A stretch of 64,000 bases of DNA from an uncultured bacterium (GCA_963759805.1 CAVXAT010000001.1:256001-320000); one strand, 5' to 3'. Positions 16,315 through 27,910 are shown, counted from the first letter of the stretch. Notes: generated from the sequence alone by a model not told the origin. Numbers and translations are program-made.

Positions 16315-17316
16315 ATGCACTCTAATCTTAGGGCTTTGATAATCACTGGCCCAACAGCATCAGGTAAAACACAACTTTCAGAGATGATTGCCTCCAAACG
16401 TTCATGCGAAATAATTAATGCCGATGTGGGACAATTTTACAAGCCACTTTCAATTGGAACGGCAAAGCCCGATCTGGCCAATGTTCCATACAAACACCAT
16501 TTATTTGACTTACTTGATAAATCTCAAGATTTAAGTGTTGTGAAATATCGAAAGCTTGTTATCGACTTGGTAAAAGATATCTGCGGACGGGGCAAAATTC
16601 CAGTTATTGTTGGCGGTTCTCTTTTTTATATCAAGTCGCTGTTTTTCCCGCCTCTTTGTCATCCTGAACTTGATTCAGGATCTATCCAAACTCTTGCTCC
16701 TTTAAATATTGATAATCTAAGTAAAAGTCAGCAATGGGAGTTGTTACGCCAAATTGACCCGGAAAGAGCTGCAATGCTTCATCCAAACGATAGTTATAGG
16801 ATTGGGCGAGCATTGGCAATCTGGAAGAAAACGGGAACAGTACCGTCAGCATATAACCCTTTGTTTGATCCAGCATTTAACGCATTAATTGTTTATATAA
16901 AGCCCGATCTTACAACATTAAAAGATCGTATTTACTTGCGAACATCTTTAATGATAAATCCTGAAGATCGGCCAGGGTGGATTGATGAGGCTCAGGGTTT
17001 GGTTGGGACAGAATGGGAAGAATTTTTAAAAACCAAAAATCTAATCGGGTACACCGAAATTTTTGACTGGATCAAGGCCGGCAAAAAACAGGCTGAGCTT
17101 CCTGCTTTGATTGAGCGAATTCAAACTCAGACTATCCAATATTCCAAACGCCAAAAAACTTTTTGGAAAAGTTTTGAGCGTAAAATTTTGCAGGCATTTT
17201 CAGAATCAGACTTTTTAGTTCAAACGAAGTTTGTTCAGATGACGTCTGTCGGTTTGCCGGACGACCAAATTTTGAATCAAGTTTTAACGGCATGGGATAA
17301 CTTTTCAAATAACTAA
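16315..17316 (+). CDS. miaA: tRNA dimethylallyltransferase
   Basis: ITGPTASGKT, SIGTAKP, VGGSLFY, HPNDSYR and YSKRQKTF. Confidence 0.95.
   Translation: MHSNLRALIITGPTASGKTQLSEMIASKRSCEIINADVGQFYKPLSIGTAKPDLANVPYKHHLFDLLDKSQDLSVVKYRKLVIDLVKDICGRGKIPVIVGGSLFYIKSLFFPPLCHPELDSGSIQTLAPLNIDNLSKSQQWELLRQIDPERAAMLHPNDSYRIGRALAIWKKTGTVPSAYNPLFDPAFNALIVYIKPDLTTLKDRIYLRTSLMINPEDRPGWIDEAQGLVGTEWEEFLKTKNLIGYTEIFDWIKAGKKQAELPALIERIQTQTIQYSKRQKTFWKSFERKILQAFSESDFLVQTKFVQMTSVGLPDDQILNQVLTAWDNFSNN
16657..16683. repeat. In-frame palindrome in miaA (CHPELDSGS)
   Basis: TGTCATCCTGAACTTGATTCAGGATCT is the reverse complement of the outer element at 13306. Confidence 0.85.
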
Positions 17317-17589
17317 TTCAATTTATTAAATTAATTTAAAATAGAAAACTTACAGTATTGGGGTAATTTAGTGCCATATTTATGCCAATAATTTACTGGA
17401 CAGAATCCAAAAACGTTGCTTAAAATTGATTTTTATTTGAGTTGCCTTCTGGGTTCGATCTGGACGTTGTTTTAAAGGGGCATTTATTGCAGTAAAATTT
17501 TTTGAAGACCAAATTATGGCTTGATGTTAAATTTGATGCTAAAGTGATTATCCAAAAACAAATTAAGTTAATAAGTTAAAGGGAATCTA

Positions 17590-18279
17590 ATGAGTTTCTT
17601 AAATTATTTGATCACGGCAGTTATTCTTACTTTTGTAATTGTTGCTTTTGTTATTTATATAAGATCTGACTTTCGTAAAGATGAAAAAATTTCATTGCCG
17701 GCACCAATATTTGATGGAAAAATTTCCGTTGAAAAGGCTATCAAAACAAGGCGTTCAATCAGATCATACAAACAGGATAATCTTACCTTAGCGCAGGTGA
17801 GCCAGTTGCTTTGGGCAGCTCAAGGCATAACTAGTGATGATGGTTTTAGAACAGCCCCATCAGCCGGAGCAACATATCCACTTGAAATTTATCTTGTTGC
17901 AGGCAAGGTTACGGATCTTGCATCCGGAGTTTATAAATATCTAAACAAAGATCATGTACTTGTAAAAATTAGTGATGGAGATAAGCGTGCAGAGTTAAGT
18001 GATGCAGCGCTATCTCAAGAGTGGATTAAAGAGGCGCCAGCTGCAATTGTTGTTTGCGGAATTTATGAGAGAACATCTAAAAAATATGGCGAAAATGCCC
18101 CAAAGTATGTTCATATGGAGGTGGGGTGTGTTGCGCAAAATGTTTACCTGCAAGCTACAGCCATGGGGTTGGGAACGGTCTTTGTAGGTGCGGTTGAAGA
18201 GGGAAAAATTGCTCCCGTTTTGCATCTGGATAAAAATGAACATGCGTTTGGTATTTTGCCTGTGGGGGTTATAAATTAA
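17590..18279 (+). CDS. SagB/ThcOx-type nitroreductase-family protein
   Basis: RRSIRSY, RTAPSAGATYPLEIY and AQNVYLQATAMGLG. Confidence 0.9.
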   Translation: MSFLNYLITAVILTFVIVAFVIYIRSDFRKDEKISLPAPIFDGKISVEKAIKTRRSIRSYKQDNLTLAQVSQLLWAAQGITSDDGFRTAPSAGATYPLEIYLVAGKVTDLASGVYKYLNKDHVLVKISDGDKRAELSDAALSQEWIKEAPAAIVVCGIYERTSKKYGENAPKYVHMEVGCVAQNVYLQATAMGLGTVFVGAVEEGKIAPVLHLDKNEHAFGILPVGVIN

Positions 18280-18329
18280 ATTTAGATTTAAGTTAAGCCA
18301 ATTTTTATCGTTTACATAAGGGTTTTGTA

Positions 18330-18351
18330 TCCCCAGAAAACTCTGGGGGTA
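18330..18351 (+). terminator. Hairpin, probable terminator
   Basis: CCCCAGA-AAAC-TCTGGGG. Confidence 0.5.
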
Positions 18352-18461
18352 AATATTTGGTATTGGAAAAAACGTTGTTATCCTGTAAACTCTGTTATTG
18401 AAAGTTGTTGTAATTAAGAAATTTAGTATTACTAAAACGTAAGGACAGAAAGGCTTTTTCG

Positions 18462-20423
18462 ATGATTTATATATTTAGAAAAGAGATGAAAAAATGGCAC
18501 ACAGTTTTATGGGTCGTTTTTGCTGCATTGGCGCTTGGTAGCGGGTTTGGGATGTTTATCAGCAGAAGGGGAGGGGATGAAACTGTAATTGGGAGTGTAG
18601 ATGGTAAAAAGATTTATTTTAATGATTATAGGCGAGCTCTCAAACGGATTATGGCTCCATATATGCAGCTTTATGGAATGTCAGAAGATAAACTCCTAAA
18701 TTTACTGGGCCAATTTGGTAATCTGGATGAGATGGCTTTTAATATCTGCGCTGAAGACAAATTAATTAATAGCATTCAACGAAAATTTAAAATTTATATT
18801 GATAAAGAGACGCTTAACTCAAAATTAGTTGAATCTATTCCCGAAAATGTTCTTGATGAGAATGGCAAAGTAAATATTGAGATGTATCATAATTATCTAA
18901 AGATGCTTTCAACGACCTCTGTCGAATACGAAAAGTCAAAAGCATCTGAATTTAAAAACGAAGTTGTGAAACTCTTAATCTCAAATTCCTATACTCAACC
19001 AGATTTTTTTACAAAAGAGATTTTTGAACAAGAGTATGTTAAGAAAAATTTTGAAATAGCAGAGTTTACGCAGGACCATTTTTTAGCCCAGGCAAAGAAA
19101 ACTACTCCGGATGCAAAAAGTCTGGAGGATTTTTATGCTCAAAACAAAGAAGCCTACAGAATACCCGAAAAGTATAGGGCTAAGTACTGGGAGCTCAGCC
19201 TAGACAGTTATGAAAAGGCTATTGAGATTGATGATCAATCAATTAAAAGTTTTTATGAAAAAAATAAGAGTTCTATGTTCAGAATAGCTCCAAAGGTTAA
19301 GGTTCGTAAAATTTTGATAAAAAAAAGTAAAGGGGCAAAAGATAAGGAAAGCGGCTACAAAACGGCCGAGGGGATACATCAGAAGACCAAGCAGGCTCCG
19401 GAAAAATTTGCCGAGCTTGCAAGGCAGTACTCGCAAGATGTGTCTACAGCTAAAAATGGCGGGCTTGTTGATTTCTTCAGCAAGGGTAAATATGATTCTG
19501 CTTTTGAAGTTGCTGCGTTTAAGTTAAAAGAGCCAAATCAGATCTCTGATATCGTTGTAACTAAAGATGGATATGAAATTATTCAGTTGGTAGAACGAAT
19601 TAAGGCTGTTGAAAAACCGCTGGAGAGCGTCAAAAGTGAGATTGTAAATTCGCTGCGTAGTAAGCGTGCTGTCGCGATTTTGCAAGGTGAGTTGGGAATC
19701 ATGATGCATAAAGCCAGAGAGGATGCAACTGCTCTTGATAGTTTTGCAAAAGCACATTCATTGCAAGCGAAGGAAACTGATTGGTTGGCAGAAAAGGATA
19801 TTACGGATGCAGACATTATGGGCCAAATCTCCCAAAGATTGTTTTCAACAAAGAAGCAAGAAAGAGCGATGGGACACTTCAAGACAACCGGAAATTACGT
19901 AATTTACAAATTAATTGATACTCAGAAGAGTTATGTGCCTGATTTTGTGGCCGTTAAAGATACCGTCCTGAAAAATTATTATAAAAATCAGGCTACTCAG
20001 TTGCAACGCAAGGCTGTTAGCCAAATCAAGATGGATATTCTTAATTCGCAAACAACTTTAAAAGATGCGGCTACACGTATCGGTATTAAGGTTATAGAAA
20101 CCGGACTAATCCAAAAGGGTGATACAGTAAAAGGATTTGATGAGAAGATGCCACTTATGAGCAAACTGTTTGTCCTTACCGATAAAAAACAGGTTTTACA
20201 GGACATGTATGAAAATGACTACTATTTAGTTACGCTAAAAGACGTGCAGCACGATGATGAGCAACGCTTTGAGGATAAAAAAGAGGATATTAAAAATAAA
20301 GAAAAATTAAAAGAGGCTAGAAAGCATACAAACGCCTTTATTGCATCATTACTAAGAAATGCTAAAATAGATATGGATAGAAAAGTACTAAGTTTACACA
20401 AAAACCACTCGAAAGACGCTTAA
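18462..20423 (+). CDS. PpiD/SurA-like parvulin peptidyl-prolyl isomerase
   Basis: N-terminal TM anchor, SurA_N-like region and rotamase motif [17 protein letters not shown]. Confidence 0.85.
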   Translation: MIYIFRKEMKKWHTVLWVVFAALALGSGFGMFISRRGGDETVIGSVDGKKIYFNDYRRALKRIMAPYMQLYGMSEDKLLNLLGQFGNLDEMAFNICAEDKLINSIQRKFKIYIDKETLNSKLVESIPENVLDENGKVNIEMYHNYLKMLSTTSVEYEKSKASEFKNEVVKLLISNSYTQPDFFTKEIFEQEYVKKNFEIAEFTQDHFLAQAKKTTPDAKSLEDFYAQNKEAYRIPEKYRAKYWELSLDSYEKAIEIDDQSIKSFYEKNKSSMFRIAPKVKVRKILIKKSKGAKDKESGYKTAEGIHQKTKQAPEKFAELARQYSQDVSTAKNGGLVDFFSKGKYDSAFEVAAFKLKEPNQISDIVVTKDGYEIIQLVERIKAVEKPLESVKSEIVNSLRSKRAVAILQGELGIMMHKAREDATALDSFAKAHSLQAKETDWLAEKDITDADIMGQISQRLFSTKKQERAMGHFKTTGNYVIYKLIDTQKSYVPDFVAVKDTVLKNYYKNQATQLQRKAVSQIKMDILNSQTTLKDAATRIGIKVIETGLIQKGDTVKGFDEKMPLMSKLFVLTDKKQVLQDMYENDYYLVTLKDVQHDDEQRFEDKKEDIKNKEKLKEARKHTNAFIASLLRNAKIDMDRKVLSLHKNHSKDA

Positions 20424-21490
20424 TGTCAAAAGAAGTATCAACAACCAAAGAAGCACATAATTCGGCTTTGATGAAAATTTCTCCTGAAAAATTTAAGTCG
20501 TTAGAATCGACCTTTGCTCAGATTGATAAAGAGTTTGGAAATGGCTCTGTAATGTTGTTGGGCCAAAAAACAGATACAAAAATTGAAGTTATTTCAACCG
20601 GTTCTATTTTGATTGATTCTGCTCTTGGAGTTGGAGGTCTTCCCAAGGGTAGAATAGTTGAAATTTTTGGGCCTGAATCTTCGGGTAAATCAACCCTTGC
20701 TCTGCACTCAATCGCTCAGGTACAGAAAAATGGCGGTGTTTGCGCCTATATCGACGCTGAACATGCAATGGATCCATCCTACGCTACAAAGGTTGGGGTC
20801 AATGTTAATGAATTGATCATTTCTCAGCCAGATTTTGGCGAGCAGGCTCTTGAAATTACAGAGATGCTGGTCAGATCCAATGCCGTAGATTTGATTGTAG
20901 TAGATTCTGTTGCCGCATTGGTTCCAAAAGCCGAGCTAGAAGGTGACATGGGTGATTCGCATATGGGGTTACAGGCCAGACTTATGTCACAGGCGCTGCG
21001 AAAACTCACAGCCGTTGTACACAAGTCAAAAACTGTTTTGATTTTTATAAATCAGATCAGAAGTAAAATTAATCACGGTATGCCATCATTTGGACCAACT
21101 GAGACAACAACCGGTGGAAATGCCTTAAAATTTTACTGTTCGATTAGAATTGATATTAGAAAAATTGCAACATTAAAAAAAGGTGATGTAGCGTTTGGAA
21201 ACAGGGTTTCCGTTAAGATCGTAAAAAATAAGGTTGCTCCTCCTTTTAAAAAGGTTGAAGTTGATCTAGTTTTTGGAGAGGGTATCAGCGTTGAATTGGA
21301 AATCTTGGATACGGCTCTACATTTTGGGATTATAAAACAGGGCGGCGCCTGGTTCACATATGAAAATGAACGACTGGGGCAAGGGCGTGAAAACTGTGTT
21401 AAAAAAATCAAGGAGGATAAGAAGTTGCTGGATGCTTTGTTAATTGCAGTAAGAGAAAAAATTGATAGTCAGGGATTTGTTTGTGAATAA
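20423..21490 (+). CDS. recA: Recombinase A
   Basis: [23 protein letters not shown] and GGNALKFY. Confidence 0.99.
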   Translation: MSKEVSTTKEAHNSALMKISPEKFKSLESTFAQIDKEFGNGSVMLLGQKTDTKIEVISTGSILIDSALGVGGLPKGRIVEIFGPESSGKSTLALHSIAQVQKNGGVCAYIDAEHAMDPSYATKVGVNVNELIISQPDFGEQALEITEMLVRSNAVDLIVVDSVAALVPKAELEGDMGDSHMGLQARLMSQALRKLTAVVHKSKTVLIFINQIRSKINHGMPSFGPTETTTGGNALKFYCSIRIDIRKIATLKKGDVAFGNRVSVKIVKNKVAPPFKKVEVDLVFGEGISVELEILDTALHFGIIKQGGAWFTYENERLGQGRENCVKKIKEDKKLLDALLIAVREKIDSQGFVCE

Positions 21491-22037
21491 ATTTAAAGAT
21501 AATAATCAAGATTTACAGAGCAAGTACCGAGTAAATGAGGGTATAAAAGCCGATACGGTTATGGTAATTGGCGGAAATGGTGAGAATTTAGGGGCCATGT
21601 CCAAGCGTCAGGCTTTGTCTGTCGCCGAAGCCGAAGGTATGGATCTTGTGCAGGTGGGGGAAAAGGATTCAGTAGTAATCGCTAGAGTAATGAATTTTGG
21701 TAAATTTATTTATGAGAAGAAAAAACAGATGGGTGAGGCTAAGAAGCATCAAAAGGTTATTCTGATCAAAGAGATTAAGATTCGTCCAAGCATTGATGAT
21801 CAGGATTACAGAACAAAGCTGAATAAGGCCGAGGGCTTTTTTAAAGACGGTAATAAAGTTAAATTTACCCTACAGTTCAAGGGGCGCGAGGTGCCAAAAA
21901 TGGATGAATTTGGCAGCAAGCTCTTTGCAAGAATTTCCCAGGATTTGGCGGCCAAAAACATCGGAATCCTTGTAGAAGAAAAAGACAGCAGGGGTGGCGT
22001 GATTTGGTCCAAAATTTACTTTCTTAAAGAGAAGTAA
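21483..22037 (+). CDS. infC: Translation initiation factor IF-3
   Basis: [26 protein letters not shown] and FKGRE; probable GTG start at 21483 after AGGGA. Confidence 0.93.
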   Translation: MNKFKDNNQDLQSKYRVNEGIKADTVMVIGGNGENLGAMSKRQALSVAEAEGMDLVQVGEKDSVVIARVMNFGKFIYEKKKQMGEAKKHQKVILIKEIKIRPSIDDQDYRTKLNKAEGFFKDGNKVKFTLQFKGREVPKMDEFGSKLFARISQDLAAKNIGILVEEKDSRGGVIWSKIYFLKEK

Positions 22038-22146
22038 ATTTTACCCTGGCATTTTTGAATTTATATGTTAAAATGACTTATAAACTAGTGTTGTTTTAAA
22101 TTATAGAACTTTTCAAATTGTAAATTAGAATTAAAGGGATTTATTA

Positions 22147-22341
22147 ATGCCTAAAATGAAAACTAATTCATCGTGTAAAAAGCGTTTTGTTAAAAATTGT
22201 AAAGGTAAGATTAAGAGGTCTCGCGCCTATAAGAGGCACCATTCATGGGCAAAAGGAACTAAAAAAGTTCGTGAACTGCGTTCAGGAGTGTTTTTTGAAA
22301 CAACTCAAAATAGAAAAATTTCAAAAGCGATGCCTTATTAG
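22147..22341 (+). CDS. rpmI: 50S ribosomal protein L35
   Basis: MPKMKTN...KKRF; located between infC and rplT. Confidence 0.95.
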   Translation: MPKMKTNSSCKKRFVKNCKGKIKRSRAYKRHHSWAKGTKKVRELRSGVFFETTQNRKISKAMPY

Positions 22342-22385
22342 TTTTGTTGATATTTATTTTTCATAACCTGAAATTGAGGTTTTAA

Positions 22386-22733
22386 ATGAGTAGAGTTAAA
22401 CGTGGTGTAATTACCAAGAAAAGACATAAAAAAGTTTTGAAACGAGCCAAAGGTTTTTGGGGGCAACGTAAAAACGTATTCAGACGTGCGCAAGAAACCG
22501 TACTTCGTGCAATGCATTTTGCATTCGTTGGTCGCAAACTGAAAAAACGTGATTACAGAGGGCTATTTATTACAAGAATTGGTGCCGCTTGTAAATCTCA
22601 AGGCATAAGTTACAGCGTTTTTATGGGTAAGTTAAAAAATCTTAACATTCAGCTTAACAGAAAGATGCTAAGTCAGTTGGCAATTTGGGAGCCAAAAGCA
22701 TTCGCAGAATTAGCTGCAATGGCCAAAAAATAA
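22386..22733 (+). CDS. rplT: 50S ribosomal protein L20
   Basis: MSRVKRG, GRKLKKRDYR and LNRKMLS. Confidence 0.98.
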   Translation: MSRVKRGVITKKRHKKVLKRAKGFWGQRKNVFRRAQETVLRAMHFAFVGRKLKKRDYRGLFITRIGAACKSQGISYSVFMGKLKNLNIQLNRKMLSQLAIWEPKAFAELAAMAKK

Positions 22734-22829
22734 AAAAAAATCAAATATGTTGAAATTTTTTCAACCAGCTTATTATTATAAGTTGTGTTGTTTTATGCTT
22801 AGTTTTGTGAGAAAAAGAGGAAGCGAGAT

Positions 22830-23078
22830 ATGAAGTGCTTGGAAGAGCTTGAAAGTAGGGTTCTTCATCTTATCCAGATAAATGCAGAATTAAAAATCAA
22901 GATTGATGAACTCGTTCGTGAAAATGAAGGGTTGAAGGGACAGGTTCATCAATTTGAAGAATCTCTTTTGCGTGAGCAAAGAGCTTTCGCAACCCTAGAA
23001 GATGAAAAAGTAGCTATCAGAAATGTTGTTGAAGGTCTATTGAATACAATTAACACTCTTGAGAGTTCTTCTAACTAG
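22830..23078 (+). CDS. ZapB-like coiled-coil protein
   Basis: 82-aa coiled coil directly upstream of zapA. Confidence 0.65.
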   Translation: MKCLEELESRVLHLIQINAELKIKIDELVRENEGLKGQVHQFEESLLREQRAFATLEDEKVAIRNVVEGLLNTINTLESSSN

Positions 23079-23090
23079 AAGTTTAATAGC

Positions 23091-23366
23091 ATGGATAAAC
23101 AGAAAAATTTGAAAATATCAATTCTTGGAAAAAGTTATCTCATCAACACCGATGAGACGCAGGAAGATGTTTTTGCAGCAGCGCATTTGGTTGATAGCAT
23201 GCTTAAAGAGAGTGCCTCAAAAGGTCTTGTAGCCGATGACAGCAAAGTGGCAGTTATTGTTGCCTTGCAGCTGGCTACAGAACTCAATAAGGCCCTTGGC
23301 AAACTCAGCGGGTTTGAAAGCAAAGTTGAACAGTTGAACGATTTGTTACAAATCGAACGACATTAA
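23091..23366 (+). CDS. zapA: Cell division protein ZapA
   Basis: ISILGKSY, AAHLVDSML and VAVIVALQLA; zapA-rny synteny. Confidence 0.85.
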   Translation: MDKQKNLKISILGKSYLINTDETQEDVFAAAHLVDSMLKESASKGLVADDSKVAVIVALQLATELNKALGKLSGFESKVEQLNDLLQIERH

Positions 23367-23486
23367 GCTTTTTGTTTTGTAGCTATCAATTTTTTGTGCA
23401 ATCCCTTTGCCTGTCCTCTATTCTCACAAAGTTTTATAAGTTTTTTGTTTTTGTTTTAATCTAGCTTTTGAGATGGGGATAATAAG

Positions 23487-25046
23487 ATGTTTTTGATGTT
23501 CGAACTAAGTCTTCTTGGAGCAGGGTTTGTTCTGGGATTTCTTTCTTTATTAATCTACTTTATTGCTCAGAAAAATAAACTTTTTCAGACGCATCAAAGT
23601 GTACAAAATATGCTTCAAACAGCAAGAGATCAAATTGAAAAGGATCGTCGTGAAGCAACGCTTGATCTTAAAAACGAGCTCCATAAAAAACGATCTGAGT
23701 TTGATATTGATGTAAAGAAGGGCAAAATTGAGCTACAGCAGCTTCAGGCTAAGTACCAAAAAAAGGAGGATGCGCTGGACCAAAGAGAGGCTGTTCTTGA
23801 TGATCTACGCCGTGATTTACAGCAGAAGGAACGTGATCTTTCGCGTAGATTAGACTCTTTTGCTATTGATGAAGTCAAAATTAAAAAGCTTTATGAAGAT
23901 CTTGTTCTAAAACTTGAAAAAATTAGCGGAATGAAACAGGATGAGGCCAAAAAGGTACTGTTTGAGTCCTTAGAACGCGAAGTCAAGATTGCAAGTCAAA
24001 AATGGGTTTCCAAAATTGAAACTGATGCCAGGGAGTTGGCAAAGGATAAATCAGTTGAAATTTTGACAAGTGCAATGCAACGATATCTAGCCGACACCGT
24101 AACATTACACACCTCAAGTGTTATAAATCTTCCAAACGATGAAATGAAAGGCCGCATAATAGGTAAAGAGGGTCGCAACATCAAGGCTCTTGAGATGGCA
24201 ACCGGAATGGAGTTTGTGATTGGTGACACCCCTGAGGTAATTACAATTTCCGGTTTTAATCCCATTCGCCGTGAGGTTGCAAAACGTGCTCTAAATAAAC
24301 TTATTATCGATGGTCGTATTAATCCCAGCAGAATCGAAGAGACGGTTGCTAAGTGCGAAGAAGAGCTTGACCAAGCTGTTACGGAAATTGGGCAAACTAC
24401 CGTTCTTGAATTTGGGTTGAGAGGAATCAACACGGAGATATCAAAGCAGCTTGGACGTCTCTATTTTAGAACAAGTTATACTCAAAATAACTTGGTACAT
24501 AGTAAAGAAGTTGCTTATTTTTCAAAAATGATTGCTTCAGAACTTGGACTTGATCCTGAAATTGCGGCAAGAGCCGGTCTATTACATGATATAGGTAAAG
24601 CCGTTTCCGCAGAGGTTGAAGGAACCCACGCAGTTGTTGGTGCCAATTTTGCAAAAGAGTATGGCGAAGACCCAATTATTGTAAATGCAATTGCAAGTCA
24701 TCATGAGGAAGTCCCATCAAGCAACCCATATGGAATTATTATACACATTGCAGATGCAATCTCTGCCTCAAGACCCGGTGCGCGAAAAGAGACTTTGTCT
24801 ACTTATATCAAGCGTTTAGAGTCGTTGGAAGAGATGGCCGCAACATTTGAAGGGGTTAAAAAGGCCTATGCGTTGCAAGCCGGTCGCGAAATTCGCGTAA
24901 TAGTTGATGAAGACCGACTCGATGATGAAAGAGCTGCAGTTTTGGCTAGTGACCTTGCTAAAAAAATTGAAACTGATTTAGCCTTCCCCGGCGAAATAAA
25001 GGTTAATGTTATTCGCGAAAAACGCTTTATTGTTGCCGCAAGGTAA
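23487..25046 (+). CDS. rny: Ribonuclease Y
   Basis: TM anchor, coiled coil, KH domain (KGRIIGKEGRNI) and HD domain (LLHDIGK, ADAISASRPGAR). Confidence 0.97.
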   Translation: MFLMFELSLLGAGFVLGFLSLLIYFIAQKNKLFQTHQSVQNMLQTARDQIEKDRREATLDLKNELHKKRSEFDIDVKKGKIELQQLQAKYQKKEDALDQREAVLDDLRRDLQQKERDLSRRLDSFAIDEVKIKKLYEDLVLKLEKISGMKQDEAKKVLFESLEREVKIASQKWVSKIETDARELAKDKSVEILTSAMQRYLADTVTLHTSSVINLPNDEMKGRIIGKEGRNIKALEMATGMEFVIGDTPEVITISGFNPIRREVAKRALNKLIIDGRINPSRIEETVAKCEEELDQAVTEIGQTTVLEFGLRGINTEISKQLGRLYFRTSYTQNNLVHSKEVAYFSKMIASELGLDPEIAARAGLLHDIGKAVSAEVEGTHAVVGANFAKEYGEDPIIVNAIASHHEEVPSSNPYGIIIHIADAISASRPGARKETLSTYIKRLESLEEMAATFEGVKKAYALQAGREIRVIVDEDRLDDERAAVLASDLAKKIETDLAFPGEIKVNVIREKRFIVAAR

Positions 25047-25050
25047 TGTG

Positions 25051-25893
25051 ATGAACAAAATATTAAAGTTTCTTTTTATTGGCGATGTAATCGGTCAACC
25101 CGGCTTGATGATGTTTCAAAAGTGGGTGCCCAAACTCAAAGAGCAGTACTCCATAGATGCTATAGTTGTGAATGGTGAGAATTCTGCAAAAAATGGACGC
25201 GGGATCACATTGAAAAATGTTGATTTTTTCAAGCATAATGGGGCATCGGTTATAACAACCGGTAATCATGTATGGGAAAATAGGGAATTTTACAACACCT
25301 TAAATTTAAGAGATGATGTTATTCGCCCTGCAAATTATCCGCCGGGCTGTCCAGGAAAAGGGTTTACGTTTTTTGAATTAGATGGTCATACAGTTGCTGT
25401 TATAAATTTGCACGGGAGAGTCTTTGTCAGAGACCATTTGGACTGTCCGTTCAGAACTGTTGACTCTCTTTTAACATTTATACAAACAAAAACCAACATA
25501 ATTTTTGTTGATTTTCATGCTGAGGCTACATCTGAAAAGAAGGCAATGGGGATCTATCTTGACGGAAGAGTGTCAGGTATTTTTGGAACGCATACACACA
25601 TCCAAACTGCAGATACGCAAATTCTTCCAAAAGGGAGTGCATATATTACCGATATTGGCAGCAGTGGGGCAAGGAATTCCGTTATTGGAATGCAAGCTGA
25701 TGGCATCTTGAAAAAGTTTTTGTTTTTTCAAAAAATGGGTTCAATTACAGTTGAAGATGTTGGTCCATTTGAATTAGGCGGAATCGTTGTTAATGTTGAT
25801 GCCGCTTCAGGAAGAGCTTTGTTTGTCGAACGTGTAAATATAATTGATGAAGAATTATATAAAAGTGTGGCGAGTGATAAAAAAGAGAACTGA
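25051..25893 (+). CDS. YmdB/TIGR00282 metallophosphoesterase
   Basis: FIGDVIG, NGEN, GNHVW, DFHAEATSEK and GTHTH. Confidence 0.93.
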   Translation: MNKILKFLFIGDVIGQPGLMMFQKWVPKLKEQYSIDAIVVNGENSAKNGRGITLKNVDFFKHNGASVITTGNHVWENREFYNTLNLRDDVIRPANYPPGCPGKGFTFFELDGHTVAVINLHGRVFVRDHLDCPFRTVDSLLTFIQTKTNIIFVDFHAEATSEKKAMGIYLDGRVSGIFGTHTHIQTADTQILPKGSAYITDIGSSGARNSVIGMQADGILKKFLFFQKMGSITVEDVGPFELGGIVVNVDAASGRALFVERVNIIDEELYKSVASDKKEN

Positions 25894-26930
25894 TGTTATT
25901 TTTCTTTTTTTTAAATCGTTTTTTTAAACAATTTGCTATTGTTTTCTTTATTATCACGGTAGTGCTGGGTGTGAGCAATCTTGTTTTGCGAATTCAAATG
26001 ATCTCAACACCAACGGGATTACTGCAAATTTTTCTTGTTATGCTGCCGCTTATGGCCATATACGCAGTACCGATTTCGGCCGGAGTTGCAGTTCAGATAG
26101 TAGTTGGGCAGCTTTTGGTTGAAGATGAGCTTGTTATCCTTAAATTTTTTAAATCGGCATACAATGCCCTATGCCTATCAGTTGTGGCTTTTGCTCTTAT
26201 ACTTACAATTTTTTACACTCCACTTGTTTTCGAATTTGCGCCGCGTAGTTATTTAATTGGAAAACAGATTATTATTGAATTGGCGAAAAAACAGTTTTAC
26301 AACTTGGAACCACAAAAGTTTCACTCTCCATACCCGGGGTTTACATTTTTCTTTAAAGATAGGCGTTATGAAGATGGTGTGCCCAAATTTAACACAATTT
26401 TTTTAGCATTCAGTAATAAACAGAATGAGCAGTTTATTTTTACGGCAAGAGAGGGTTTTTTTAGAGATAATAATGTTTTTTTACTTGATGGATCTGTCTG
26501 TACTATAAGTGCCGACAAGCGGTATTCTGCAGTATTTAAAGAATCAAATATCAATACTGACAAGTTGCTGAATCTTGAAAAGGACAATAAATCTCTAAAT
26601 GTTCTCAAATTTTGGAACGTGGCCCAATTATTTGAAAAGCTACGGCAGGATATAGAGGTTTTGTGGGAATTTTTAAAAAGAGTAGCTCAGATACTGTGGC
26701 TCTTCCTTTTCCCAATTTTAGGGATTTTTTTTATTTTTAGGTTTGGTGGCAAAAAAAGCAACTTACTGGTTGCCATCACAACAAGCGGATTGCTTTTTTT
26801 TGCTTCATATATATCAATTGCCGTTGCCCAGGCCCTGAGTGCTTATTTTATGTTATCAATGCTTATACTGTTTGGCCCGTTAATTGCCGCTGTCACAGTA
26901 AGTATTTTTTATGTTTTTTGTAAGAAATAA
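25893..26930 (+). CDS. LptF/LptG family permease
   Basis: 3 TM, periplasmic domain, 3 TM layout; YAVPIS...EDELVIL. Confidence 0.7.
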   Translation: MLFFFFLNRFFKQFAIVFFIITVVLGVSNLVLRIQMISTPTGLLQIFLVMLPLMAIYAVPISAGVAVQIVVGQLLVEDELVILKFFKSAYNALCLSVVAFALILTIFYTPLVFEFAPRSYLIGKQIIIELAKKQFYNLEPQKFHSPYPGFTFFFKDRRYEDGVPKFNTIFLAFSNKQNEQFIFTAREGFFRDNNVFLLDGSVCTISADKRYSAVFKESNINTDKLLNLEKDNKSLNVLKFWNVAQLFEKLRQDIEVLWEFLKRVAQILWLFLFPILGIFFIFRFGGKKSNLLVAITTSGLLFFASYISIAVAQALSAYFMLSMLILFGPLIAAVTVSIFYVFCKK

Positions 26931-26965
26931 AAATAATAAAAAAATAATAAATAAAAGGGAGTAAA

Positions 26966-27874
26966 ATGTTTTTAGTAGTGCTTATGTACTCAATTTTGGC
27001 TTTAACTTTTGTTTTTGCAAAAAAGACATTGGCGTATGCCCATCCATTTTTTCTTATCGGTTTTAGAATGATTTTGGCCGGAACAATTTTGCTTTTATAC
27101 CAGCGTTTTTTTAGCAAAACGAGCTTTTCAATTAATAAAAGCGATTACTGGTTATTCTTCAAAGTTGCCCTATTTCATATCTATTTTTCATTTATCTTTG
27201 AGTTCTGGTCCATGCAGTATCTTTCCGCCTTAAAAATAACAATTATATACTCAGCAACGCCCTTTGTTGCGGCAATACTGTCATATATTTTATTAAAAGA
27301 ACGTCTTTCGTGGCAAAAAATCTTAGGCATAATTATCGGACTTGGAGGCTTAGCCCCAATTTTGGCCTTGCAGGCTGGCAATGGTGGTACCACAACGCAA
27401 GGTGCGTATGTTTCATTGCCTGAGTGTGTTCTATTTTTAGCCGTTATTTCAGGAGCATACGCTTGGTTTTTGGTTAAAGAGCTTATGAATAAAGGTTATG
27501 GGCTTGGTATGATTAACGGTGTTGCAATGTTGATAGGAGGCGTTCTTAGCCTTTTTACAGCCGGAATTTTTGAAGGTTTTTCTAGTCCGGTCTCAAACTG
27601 GCCAATGTTTTTAGCCTGGCTTTCATTACTAATCTTAGCTGCCAACATTATAGTTTACAACTTCTATGGCTGGCTTTTACGTTATTACTCAATTACATTT
27701 GTTACTTTTGCCGGATTTCTTTCTCCAACATTTGGAACTGTTTATGAATGGCTGTTTTTTGGCGGAAAAATAACCTGGCACCATTTTGCATCATTAGCAC
27801 TGGTTGCACTAGGATTATATATTTTTCATAGAGAAGAGTTGTCTGCAAAAGATTTTGGGATTTCATCCCGTTGA
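26966..27874 (+). CDS. DMT/EamA family transporter
   Basis: About 10 TM segments in two EamA repeats (FRMILAG, LLKERLS). Confidence 0.9.
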   Translation: MFLVVLMYSILALTFVFAKKTLAYAHPFFLIGFRMILAGTILLLYQRFFSKTSFSINKSDYWLFFKVALFHIYFSFIFEFWSMQYLSALKITIIYSATPFVAAILSYILLKERLSWQKILGIIIGLGGLAPILALQAGNGGTTTQGAYVSLPECVLFLAVISGAYAWFLVKELMNKGYGLGMINGVAMLIGGVLSLFTAGIFEGFSSPVSNWPMFLAWLSLLILAANIIVYNFYGWLLRYYSITFVTFAGFLSPTFGTVYEWLFFGGKITWHHFASLALVALGLYIFHREELSAKDFGISSR

Positions 27875-27910
27875 GATGCAATCTCGTTGAGCCTTCAGCT
27901 CGGTGAGCTT

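Noticed and set aside
17590..18279. RiPP (TOMM) biosynthetic cluster
   Set aside because: Stand-alone SagB-like gene with no YcaO or precursor nearby.
23367..23486. 6S RNA between zapA and rny
   Set aside because: The gap is only 120 bp, T-rich, and lacks the long closing stem.
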